31,761 nucleotides of DNA from positions 1 through 31,761 of the forward strand of contig CAVQFQ010000026.1 in assembly GCA_963711835.1 (NCBI GenBank). Direction: 5' to 3'. The translations under genes and the position numbers were made by a program. The number at the start of each line of letters is the position of its first letter. The first letter of the stretch is position 1. The DNA comes from an uncultured delta proteobacterium (GTDB lineage Bacteria > Desulfobacterota > RBG-13-43-22). Under the pieces are notes generated by a model that was given only the letters and a program-made list of their open reading frames with translations, did not search any database and was not told where the DNA came from. This document shows, piece by piece, positions 7,961 through 16,720 of this stretch.

Positions 7961-10017
7961 ATGATTGCATTGAATCGAAGGAGCTTATTCATTCTTTGTA
8001 TTTTTCTTTTAGCCGGATTCCTTTTTTGCCTTCCCTTTGCCCAGGCAGCGGGCATACCTATTACCCTGAATCAAGAGTATCTCCAAAAATTAAAGGCTGG
8101 AACACCGGGTTTCCCGGTGGCTACTCGAAATGTAGGTCTTCCCCTTGGAGGTACTCCCTTCCAAGCTCCAGGTCGTGAATCCATCCCGAATTCAGGAAGG
8201 ATCGGCGCCCCCATCGCCAACCCCATCGGCAAGGTCTTCAGGATCAACGATCAATCTACCGAGGCCAACGCGGTTTTTCCTGAAGCGGATGGCTACCTGG
8301 TCTTTACCTCCCGCTCCACCAAACAAAATGTGACCAAGTTTGATCTCAATGGGAAGTTGGTATTCAGCAAGGATTACCTGGATCTGGCCCAGGTGGTCTA
8401 CAGGGGCTACCAGGGGCTGGCCCCATTCGGTTGTTAAAACCAGCGACAACGGCTACTTCATTTGCGGTCTTGATCGATCACCTCGTCCCCAGAGGGCCTT
8501 TGTGATTAAGTTGGATTCCAGCCTTAATTATCAATGGGGGAAAATCATCACCCATAACAGTCCCGACCCTTGACATGTGGGCCGGCGGAGCCATCCAGTC
8601 CTCGGATGGAAAATTCGTGGTCCTTTTAAAGGGTCAACAAATAGACCCTTTCATACCGCTCAGCCCTTTTTCGGAATCCTTAAAATTAAATGCCAACGGC
8701 ACCGTTGATTGGCAGAGGAGGATTATCAGCCCGGTTCAGACCGATGCCTTTTCCATTCTTGAAATCGCCAATGCCTATGTCATCTTCGGCGGCATCCTGC
8801 GTTGACCTAGGGGTAAATGACTGGGATCTCTATTTCGGGGCCATCAATAAAGATGGGACAGGGGGCTCCGATCCTCTTTGGCAATTTGGCAATGGGCGGG
8901 GATTATTTCGATGGGAATTACCAAATTGGAGAGGTCTTTTACTCCTGCGGCCTCCAAGACTTGTCCAGTTAAACAACGGCGATCTGGCAGTGGCCGCCTA
9001 TACCCAGTCCTTTGGAACCAACCCTAGATGCCGATCCCGGGGTCAACACCTATTGGAAAGTCTGTTCTGCTTGTTTCCTTTACTTCCGATGGAACAGCGC
9101 TTACCGGGTTACAGGTATATCGATAGCCCGGCTAACGACATGATTGCCGGACCTTACGGGGGCAGCAGTCTCATGAAATTGGCGGACGGCAATTTGCTTC
9201 TTGGAGGGAATACCGAAGATTACCTGACAAAATCCGGCCATCTATCCCGGCGCTTTTCTGGTGAAATTAAATTCGGATTTCAGCTCCATTCTGTGGCAGA
9301 AGGTCTATTCCCCTTATACCATCTCCGGGACAACTTATTCGTTATCCTCAGGGGGCTTTTTCGCCCTGGAGAGAAGCAGTTTCCAGGCGACCTGCTGGCC
9401 GGAGGTAAATCAGGCGGCATCGACACTGATGCCCTGTTCACGGTTCTTCCCTCCAGCGGGGAGAGCAACTATTCCTGTTTTTACCAGACCACCCCCAGAC
9501 TTACTTTAAATGAAGTCCCATCAATTAGTCTTCATTGTTTAACTGCGCCCAATACAGCTTTTGCCTCAACTCGGGAATCATGGTGGTATCCGACTTCCCA
9601 ACCACCCCAACGTCGGCCAATCCGCCGGTCAACCTGACCTGCGCCCCGGACATTTCCGTTACCCCTTCTCCGTGTCCTCCTTTTGGCGATGTCCCGGTCA
9701 ATCAGACCTCGACACCCCGATTGTTCACGGTAGCCAACCCCATCTCCAGCAACGCCCGCTGATCCTGACGGAGACGCCCCAAAATTACGGCGGGCAGGCG
9801 GCTATGTTTCCACTAACGGTGGTAATTGCCCATACCTGAATCTGGACCCGGGGAAAGCTGCACCTTCTATGCCGCCTTTGCGCCGACTTCGTCGGGGGCC
9901 AAATCCACCACCTTGCGGGTGCTTTCCAACGATCCGGATACGCCCGTCTGGGACGTGCTGCTCAGCGGCACCGGGACCGGCTCGGCCCTCTTTTTGCCTC
10001 TGATAATCAAGCAATAA
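7961..10017 (+). pseudogene. Multiply frameshifted secreted protein: beta-propeller-like region, Ig-like (ASH/choice-of-anchor D type) domain and FLPLIIK tail
   Basis: Coherent peptide pieces alternate between frames: signal peptide (7961), KTSDNGYFICG..AFVIKLDSSLNYQWGK, KLNANGTVDWQR, KLADGNLLLGG, PDISVTP..FGDVPV, and SCTFYAAFAPTSSGAKSTTLRVLSNDPD..LSGTG..LFLPLIIKQ. May be an assembly artefact of an intact gene. Confidence 0.75.
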
Positions 10018-10020
10018 AAT

Positions 10021-10165
10021 TTGACGAGATTTGTAGAAAGTTACCAAAGCCGTCACCCCGGCGACTCCGGATCTGCCAGCCGGGGTCCAGAGCTCCCGAA
10101 ACCGGATCCCCTCCCGCACGGGAATGACGTAGGGGGCTTTCGACGACTTTTTACGCGTTCATCAA
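10021..10165. mobile_element. MITE-like element with an internal REP-like palindrome
   Basis: Imperfect terminal IRs TTGACGAGATTTGTAGAAAGTT / GACTTTTTACGCGTTCATCAA; internal CGTCACCCCGGC...GCCGGGGTCCAG...CGGGAATGACG. Confidence 0.6.
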
Positions 10166-10178
10166 AATTTGATCCCCC

Positions 10179-10209
10179 AAAAGGCCTTCCTCCCGGGGAG
10201 GCCTTTTTT
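10179..10209. terminator. Bidirectional intrinsic terminator
   Basis: AAAAGGCCTTCC-loop-GGGAGGCCTTTTTT between convergent genes. Confidence 0.75.
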
Positions 10210-11845
10210 ATTTTCCCTGCTTACGTTCCATTTCCATCTTCCGCAAATCCTTGCGCATGATCTTGCCGGTGGCGGTCAGGGGCAGTTCGCTGAGGAACTC
10301 AATTTCCCGGGGGTATTCATGGGCGGCCAGGCGGGTCTTGATGAACTGCTGGATCTCTTGCTTGAGGGCCTGCTCCGGAGAAAAGTCCGGTTTCAAGACA
10401 ATAAAGGCCTTGACGATCTCCCCGCGAACAGGATCGGGGGCACCGATGACCCCGGCCATAAACACGGCCGGATGCTTGATCAGGCAGTCCTCGATCTCGG
10501 CCGGTCCGATGCGGTAGCCGGCGCTGGAAATCAGGTCGTCCTTGCGGCCTACATACCAGAAATAGCCATGCTCATCCTTGCGGGCCAGATCCCCGGTCAA
10601 CGACCAGTCTCCAATAAATTTTTCTTCCGTGGCCTTGGAGTTTCCCCAATACTCTAAAAACATAACCGGGTCCGGACGCAGTATGGCCACTTCGCCCACC
10701 TGCCCGATAGGGGCCACCTGCCCGTTTTCATCCACCACCTCTACCCGATGCCCGGGGATGGCCCGGCCCATGGAGCCCTGTTTGTTTTCCATAATCTCGG
10801 AGCAGTTGCCCACCACCAAATTCACCTCGGTCTGGCCGTAAAATTCGTTGATGGTCAGGCCCATGACCTCCTTGCCCCATTGCAGGAGTTCTTCCCCTAA
10901 TGTTTCGCCGCCGCAGCCGATGGTGCGCATCTCAAAATCGTAACGGGTCCTCGGTTCCTTGACCTGGCGCATGATCTTCAGGGCCGTGGGCGGCATAAAG
11001 GCGTTGCGGATGCCGTATTTAGCGATGAAGTGAAAGGCCTGTTCCGGATCGAATTTCTTGGCCCTGAAGGCCACTACCGGGACCCCGTGGTGCCAGCTCG
11101 GGAGCAGGACGTCGATCAGGCCCCCGATCCAGGCCCAGTCGGCCGGGGTCCAGTAAAGGTCATCCTTCTTCGGGAAAAAATTATGAAAAAATTCTACGCC
11201 GGGCAGATGTCCCAGGACCACCCGGTGGGCATGGAGGGCCCCTTTGGGAGGCCCGGTGGTGCCCGAGGTATAGATGATCAGGGCCGGGTCATCGGCCCGG
11301 GTCCTGACCGGGGTAAAATGAGGAGAGCCCTTCTCGACCGCCTGCCAGAAATCAACCACGCCTTCCATGGCCTCGCCGCGGGTGACGATGAGCAGTTTCA
11401 ATTCCGGAAGGTGCTCTTTGATCTCCCAAATCTTCCCCAGGTTGCTTCCGTCGGTTATTACGGCCTTGGCCCCGCTGTTGCCGAGGCGGTACTCCAGGGC
11501 CTCCGGGCCGAAGAGGGTGAACAGGGGAATGGCGATGCCGCCGATTTTATAGATGGCGATATGGGCCAGGGCCGTTTCCGGACATTGGGGAAGCAGGATC
11601 CCTACCCGGTCACCGGGGCCTATTCCTGAAGCCTTTAAGGCGTTGGCCAATCGGTTGGACAACCGCATTAAATCCCAGAAGGTATATTTCTCAACCGCCC
11701 CTTTTTCATCTTCATAGATCAGGGCCAGCCGGTAGCGCTGCCCGGCCCACTTGTCGCAGACATCAACCCCGATGTTGTAAAAGGCAGGCACTTTCCATTG
11801 AAACGCCTTCATGACCTCTTCATAAGTCTTGCCTTTTTTAAGCAT
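10208..11845 (-). CDS. Acyl-CoA synthetase (AMP-forming, acetyl/medium-chain type)
   Basis: YTSGTTGPPKG, EFYGQTE, TGDLA, GRKDDLISSAGYRIGP.EIE and LPLTATGKI motifs; ATG 11845 chosen from GGAGG spacing. Confidence 0.93.
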   Translation of the reverse strand: MLKKGKTYEEVMKAFQWKVPAFYNIGVDVCDKWAGQRYRLALIYEDEKGAVEKYTFWDLMRLSNRLANALKASGIGPGDRVGILLPQCPETALAHIAIYKIGGIAIPLFTLFGPEALEYRLGNSGAKAVITDGSNLGKIWEIKEHLPELKLLIVTRGEAMEGVVDFWQAVEKGSPHFTPVRTRADDPALIIYTSGTTGPPKGALHAHRVVLGHLPGVEFFHNFFPKKDDLYWTPADWAWIGGLIDVLLPSWHHGVPVVAFRAKKFDPEQAFHFIAKYGIRNAFMPPTALKIMRQVKEPRTRYDFEMRTIGCGGETLGEELLQWGKEVMGLTINEFYGQTEVNLVVGNCSEIMENKQGSMGRAIPGHRVEVVDENGQVAPIGQVGEVAILRPDPVMFLEYWGNSKATEEKFIGDWSLTGDLARKDEHGYFWYVGRKDDLISSAGYRIGPAEIEDCLIKHPAVFMAGVIGAPDPVRGEIVKAFIVLKPDFSPEQALKQEIQQFIKTRLAAHEYPREIEFLSELPLTATGKIMRKDLRKMEMERKQGK

Positions 11846-12056
11846 GGCCATTTGCCTCCCCGGGATCACAAAAAGTATTATGAGAAAATTCTATCAACAT
11901 GCCCTGGCCCTGTCAACCTGCCTTAAATCACTACAAATTCAGTGCTTGAAATTCTTTTTATCGGACCTACCCCTAATAAAAGGACCTTTTCATCTTACTC
12001 CCTTTTTGGTATACCAAAGACAATGATTTTAATACGGTTGGAAATGGAAATACTCT

Positions 12057-12404
12057 ATGGGACGGATGAGTTTTGGACCTGGTAGAAAATCTCGACCACC
12101 TGCGCGTCCTGGTCCAGGCAGCCAAAAGGATGTTTCCGAGTTGGTCCGGGAATTAAAGGCGAAGGCCCAACCCAAAGAAAGTTACCGGGACCGATCTTTA
12201 TCTCTTCACGGTTTGATCTGCGCCCGCTGCGGCCGGGAGTTCACCCCGGCCCAACGACAACTGCTGACGGTACACCATAAGGACGGGAACCACCTCAACA
12301 ATCCCCCCGACGGCAGCAACTGGGAGAACCTCTGCATCTACTGCCACGAAGATATGCATTCCCGGGAGCTGCTGGGAGATTATTTGAGCGGGAAAACAGA
12401 ATAA
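12057..12404 (+). CDS. yajD: YajD family HNH nuclease
   Basis: YR..SL....ICARCGREF....LTVHHKDGNHLNNPPDGSNWENLCIYCHEDMHSR. Confidence 0.9.
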   Translation: MGRMSFGPGRKSRPPARPGPGSQKDVSELVRELKAKAQPKESYRDRSLSLHGLICARCGREFTPAQRQLLTVHHKDGNHLNNPPDGSNWENLCIYCHEDMHSRELLGDYLSGKTE

Positions 12405-12407
12405 GTC

Positions 12408-12617
12408 GATACTGGATACTGGATAGAAACAAAAAGCGATACTTGATACTGGATAAAGACTTAGATTATACGGATGATTCCAGCAAGCAGTATCCAACAC
12501 TATCAGGTTTCTATTATCTATCATCACTGCCTCTTGTCTGGCTTTTTCTTCATCCAGTATCAAGCATCCAGTATCAGGTCTTTTTCATCCAGTATCCAGT
12601 AACCAGCGACCAGCATC
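12408..12617. repeat. Inverted heptamer arrays (GATACTG)n ... (CAGTATC)n
   Basis: GATACTGGATACTGGAT and GATACTTGATACTGGAT on the left; ATCCAGTATCAAGCATCCAGTATC and ATCCAGTATCCAGTAACCAGCGACCAGCATC on the right. Confidence 0.85.
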
Positions 12618-12629
12618 GGCGTTATTAAA

Positions 12630-14636
12630 ATGATTTCCTTAAACCACGTCAGTAAATTCTACGGCAAGCAGGACCTGCTCAGGGATGTATCCCTTTCCAT
12701 CCATCCCGGGGAACGGATTGCCCTGGTGGGCGTCAACGGGGCCGGCAAGACCACCCTCCTTAAAATCCTGCTGGGCGAACTGGAACCGGACAGCGGCCAG
12801 GTGCACCGAAAAAAAGGGACCCGCCTGGGCTATCTCCCACAGGATGTCGTAGAACTCAGAGGCAAGACGGTCCTCCGGCAGGTGATAGAGGTGGACTCGG
12901 GGGTCAAAGAGGCCCTGGCTGAATACCAAACGGTCAGCCGGTCTCTGGAAAAATCCAAGGATCCTCAGCAAACCATCGCTTTGGCCAATCGACAAAGCCT
13001 TCTCCAGGAGGAACTTGAACGCCTGGGGGCCTATGACCTGGAATCCCGGGCTAAAAGGGTCTTGGCCGGATTGGGCTTTAAGGAAGAATCCTTTCAGTCT
13101 CCGATCGAGACCCTGAGCGGGGGCTGGATTATGCGGGTAGCCCTGGCCCGCCTGCTTCTGAGCCAACCGGACCTTTTGCTCCTGGATGAGCCGACCAATC
13201 ATCTGGACCTGGATTCCCTGCTCTGGTTGGAGAACTTTCTGACCAACACGTCTTCGGCCCTCCTGCTCATCTCTCATGACCGGGCCTTTATGGACCGCGT
13301 GGTCCAGAAGACCTTTGAACTGGAGAAGGCGGCCATAATCTCTTTCCCGGGAAACTACAGCACCTATATGGCTGAAAAAGGCAAACGTCTTCTCCTCCAG
13401 GAGGCGGCCTATCAAAATCAGCAGGAAAAGATCCGCCAGATTGAGGATTTTGTGGCCCGTAATCGCACCCGGAAGGACCGGGCCAAGCAGGTCCAGTCCA
13501 GGATCAAGATGCTGAACCAGATGGTGAAAATTCCCTCTCCTGTCTCCCAGCAGAAAATATCTTTTCACTTTCCCGAACCCGAACGATCCGGCCGGGTAGC
13601 CTTGGAGTTGCAGGGCATCGGGAAATCCTATGGCTCCCAGACCCTTTATCAGGACCTTGATTTGACCATTTCCCGGGGGGATCGAGTGGCCATCCTGGGG
13701 CCGAACGGGGCCGGCAAAACCACCCTCTTAAAAATTTTGGCCGGAAGCGTTCAGCCCGATTCAGGCCGGAGGCAAGCGGGCCATAAAATCAGTCTCGGTT
13801 TTTTCGCCCAGCATCAACTGGATCAACTGCAGGGCGAGCATACGGTCTGGCAGGAAGCGGCCTCGGTGGCCGGGGATCGTACCTATGGGACCCTCCGCAA
13901 TCTGCTGGCGGCTTTTCTCTTTCGTGAGGAGGACATTGAAAAAAAAGTCTCGGTCCTTTCCGGGGGAGAAAAGAGCCGGCTGGTCATCCTGATGATGTTG
14001 CTCTCCGGAGCCAATTTCCTGCTCTTCGACGAACCTACCAATCACCTGGATATCCCTTCCCGGGATGTCCTGGAAGAGGCCCTGCGATCGTTTTCAGGAA
14101 CCCTGGCCTTCATTACCCACGACCGCCATCTCATCAACCGATTGGCCAATAAGATTATTTACATTCGCGATGGAAAACTGGATCTCTTTCCTGGGAATTA
14201 CTCCGACTTCGAAGAAATCTGGAAATCCCGTCTGGCCCTTGAGAAGGGCAGCGGAACGGACCGCTTTCCGGATAAAACCTCCACTACGGAAGCAAAAATC
14301 GGAGGCCGCAAATCCCAGGAAGAAAAACGTCTGGAGGCTGAGCGAAGAAATGCCCTCTTTCGATTGAAGACCCCGCTTAAAAAGGAAATCCAGGGACTGG
14401 AATTAAAATTAACGGAGTTGACGGAAGAAAAAGCCCGGACCGAACAGGCCCTGGCCGATCCGGTCACCTACCAGGGCGGCACCAGTATCCAGACCCTCAC
14501 CCAGGCCTACGGGCAAATCCAGAAAGAAATTGAGGCCCTCAATGCCCGCTGGGAAGAGGCGGCCCTGGAATTGGAAACCCTGGAAAGCCGTTTTCTGGAA
14601 AGTCCCGAAGATTCCTTGCCCCTCTCAACCGGTTAA
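12630..14636 (+). CDS. ABC-F family ATPase (YheS/YdiF/Uup-like ribosome-associated factor)
   Basis: Two ABC domains (GVNGAGKTT, LSGGW, LLLDEPTNHLD; GPNGAGKTT, LSGGEKSR, FDEPTNHLD), interdomain linker, C-terminal coiled coil, no TM segments. Confidence 0.95.
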   Translation: MISLNHVSKFYGKQDLLRDVSLSIHPGERIALVGVNGAGKTTLLKILLGELEPDSGQVHRKKGTRLGYLPQDVVELRGKTVLRQVIEVDSGVKEALAEYQTVSRSLEKSKDPQQTIALANRQSLLQEELERLGAYDLESRAKRVLAGLGFKEESFQSPIETLSGGWIMRVALARLLLSQPDLLLLDEPTNHLDLDSLLWLENFLTNTSSALLLISHDRAFMDRVVQKTFELEKAAIISFPGNYSTYMAEKGKRLLLQEAAYQNQQEKIRQIEDFVARNRTRKDRAKQVQSRIKMLNQMVKIPSPVSQQKISFHFPEPERSGRVALELQGIGKSYGSQTLYQDLDLTISRGDRVAILGPNGAGKTTLLKILAGSVQPDSGRRQAGHKISLGFFAQHQLDQLQGEHTVWQEAASVAGDRTYGTLRNLLAAFLFREEDIEKKVSVLSGGEKSRLVILMMLLSGANFLLFDEPTNHLDIPSRDVLEEALRSFSGTLAFITHDRHLINRLANKIIYIRDGKLDLFPGNYSDFEEIWKSRLALEKGSGTDRFPDKTSTTEAKIGGRKSQEEKRLEAERRNALFRLKTPLKKEIQGLELKLTELTEEKARTEQALADPVTYQGGTSIQTLTQAYGQIQKEIEALNARWEEAALELETLESRFLESPEDSLPLSTG

Positions 14637-15073
14637 TCCCCCTGGTCTCTTTCGGATCGCTGCTCCTTCAATCGACTCCGATGTTTTTTCTCGGCCAGGC
14701 GCTGTTCTTTGACCGGCAGGGGTATTCGGGTTTTTATCCTCCGACGGGGACGTTTCAGTGCCTCCCGGAGCATAGCCGCAAAGCGGGCCAACGCCAGATC
14801 GCGGTTGGCCGCCTGGCTGCGGCTTTGTTGCGCCGCAATCCAAAGAATCCCTTTTTTGTTGATGCGGGTGGAAAGTCTTTGGAAAAGGTGCCGTTTCTCT
14901 TCCTCGGAAAGGCTGGGGGAATGGGCCACATCAAAGCGGAGAGTAACCCGGGTGCTGACCTTGTTGACGTTCTGGCCCCCCGGGCCGCTGCTCCGGGAAT
15001 GGGTGAATTCCAATTCTTCCGCGGGTAGGCTGAGCCGATTGGAAATCTTGATCAATCCCTTTTGGCGTTCCAT
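14633..15073 (-). CDS. arfB: Alternative ribosome rescue peptidyl-tRNA hydrolase ArfB (YaeJ)
   Basis: RSSGPGGQNVNKVSTRV, RSQ..NR and a basic C-terminal tail; start moved to ATG 15073 because the longer ORF runs into a repeat. Confidence 0.93.
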   Translation of the reverse strand: MERQKGLIKISNRLSLPAEELEFTHSRSSGPGGQNVNKVSTRVTLRFDVAHSPSLSEEEKRHLFQRLSTRINKKGILWIAAQQSRSQAANRDLALARFAAMLREALKRPRRRIKTRIPLPVKEQRLAEKKHRSRLKEQRSERDQGD

Positions 15074-15103
15074 AATCCTAACCTGAAAAATTCGGAGAAG
15101 ATC

Positions 15104-15303
15104 TTTGCCACCGACACACACAGACAGCCTGGCGGCGACCTGCCGCCAGGCTCCCGGCAGGCCCTTCGGGCACTAAAGACTTGGGCCAACGAGCAATATC
15201 AACTTAACGAGCATGTCTGTTCGCGCCAGCGATGCCGCTTTTAGCCGGGCAAGTCGCCCGGCTAAAAAACCGTCCGCCTTTGTCCGCGTGTGTCTGTGGC
15301 AAA
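15104..15303. mobile_element. 200-bp MITE/REPIN-like element with two internal hairpins
   Basis: 23-bp terminal IR (15104-15126 / 15281-15303, 20/23 match); perfect-stem hairpins at 15126-15152 and 15239-15267. Confidence 0.75.
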
Positions 15304-15565
15304 AAAAGTTTAACAGCCATTCATTCTGCGTAGAACCAAGCCTGGCAGATGGTTATGGTTATTCAACAAATATTCTCCGAAAAAATCATAAAATTTTATT
15401 TCAAAGTTACTAGGGAGATTATTTCGTTATGTTGGGCCTGGATCAGAAGAAATATAACACCGCTGCCCAATTCCCTCAAATCAAAAATTCTTTTGACAAC
15501 CCCCGGCAGAACTTATAAATAACTAATAGAACTAAAAGGCCAATTTTCTATCTATAAGGACTATT

Positions 15566-16720
15566 ATGAAAAAGATTGTTCGGCTCAAGGCCTTCTCTTT
15601 TTTCCTGGCAGGCCTGATAGCCCTTTCCCTGGTTTCCTCCTGCTCTGATAAAAAACAAGACCCCAAAAATATGAAAAAGGATCGGACCGTTCCGGTAACC
15701 GTCGCCCAGGTGATGGAAAAGACCGTCCCGGTTCAGATAAGGGCTATCGGAAATGCTGAAGCCTTAAGGACGGTGTCGATTAAATCCCGGGTCGGGGGAG
15801 AATTAAAAGAGGTCCACTTTCGGGAAGGCCAGGATGTCAAGCAAGGCGATCTCCTTTTTACTATTGATCCGGATACCTATGATGCGGCACTCAAACAGGC
15901 CCAGGCCAACATGGCCCGAAATATGGCCCTGTTAAAAAAGGCCGAAGAGGATGTGAAGCGCTATTTCGATCTGGTGCAAAAGGAATACATCAGTCAGGAA
16001 CAGTACGACCAGGCCCGTACCAATGTGGATGCCCTCAAGGCTCAAATCAAGGCCGACCAGGCCGCCATTGACAATGCCCGGCTCCTGGTCAGTTACTGTA
16101 CTATCCGGGCCCCTATTGCGGGTCGTACAGGCGAGCTCCTGGCGGACAAGGGGAATATGATCAAAGCCCAGGATGACAATAAGTCCCTGGTGGTCATCAA
16201 CCAGATTCAGCCCATCACTGTTTCCTTTGCCGTCCCGGAGCAGAATCTGCCGGATATTAAAAAGCATGCCGCAGCCGGAAAATTAAAACTGAAGGCCCTC
16301 ATCTCCAAAGACGGACAATTTTCGGAGGAGGGTACCCTGACCTTCATTGACAATACCGTTGACAAAGCCACCGGTACGATCCGCATGAAAGGGACCTTTG
16401 ACAATAAAGAAAAGAAGCTTTGGCCGGGCCAATTCGTTAACCTAGTCCTGGACCTGACTGTCCAATCCAATGCCGTCGTGGTCCCTTCCCAGGCAGTCCA
16501 AACGGGTATCGAAGGCCAATATGTTTATATCATTCGGCCCAATTTGACGGCCGAAGCCCGGCCGGTGGTTCTCGGAAGATCGTTTGACGGCCAGACCGTA
16601 ATCGAGAAAGGCTTGCAGGCCGGAGAAAACGTAGTGACCGATGGACAATTCCAACTGGTCTCCGGTGCCAAAGTTCAGATAAAAGGCAGCCCCGAGAGTA
16701 AAGGGGCGACTCGCCCATGA
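15566..16720 (+). CDS. RND efflux periplasmic adaptor (MdtA-like lipoprotein)
   Basis: Lipobox-like VSSC; V.F.EGQDVKQGDLLFTIDP, IRAPIAGRTG, IDNTVD..TGTI and LWPGQFV motifs. Confidence 0.93.
   Translation: MKKIVRLKAFSFFLAGLIALSLVSSCSDKKQDPKNMKKDRTVPVTVAQVMEKTVPVQIRAIGNAEALRTVSIKSRVGGELKEVHFREGQDVKQGDLLFTIDPDTYDAALKQAQANMARNMALLKKAEEDVKRYFDLVQKEYISQEQYDQARTNVDALKAQIKADQAAIDNARLLVSYCTIRAPIAGRTGELLADKGNMIKAQDDNKSLVVINQIQPITVSFAVPEQNLPDIKKHAAAGKLKLKALISKDGQFSEEGTLTFIDNTVDKATGTIRMKGTFDNKEKKLWPGQFVNLVLDLTVQSNAVVVPSQAVQTGIEGQYVYIIRPNLTAEARPVVLGRSFDGQTVIEKGLQAGENVVTDGQFQLVSGAKVQIKGSPESKGATRP

Noticed and set aside
8571-8573. TGA inside the frameshifted surface-protein gene as a second Sec codon
   Set aside because: The protein continues in a different frame and there is no Cys-motif context; an indel explains it.
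12408-12617. CRISPR array or small ORFs (12443..12628, 12198..12563)
   Set aside because: Repeats are 7-mers in inverted arrays with no regular spacers and no cas genes; the ORFs are translations of the repeat (SSIQYP-like).
12639-13568. Long antisense ORFs (also 3834..4517, 28614..29303, 11030..11629)
   Set aside because: Shadow frames opposite well-supported genes, with no recognisable motifs.
15493-15521. Sigma70 promoter for the RND operon
   Set aside because: TTGACA is perfect, but no clean -10 box lies at 16-18 bp spacing; plausible but not supportable.
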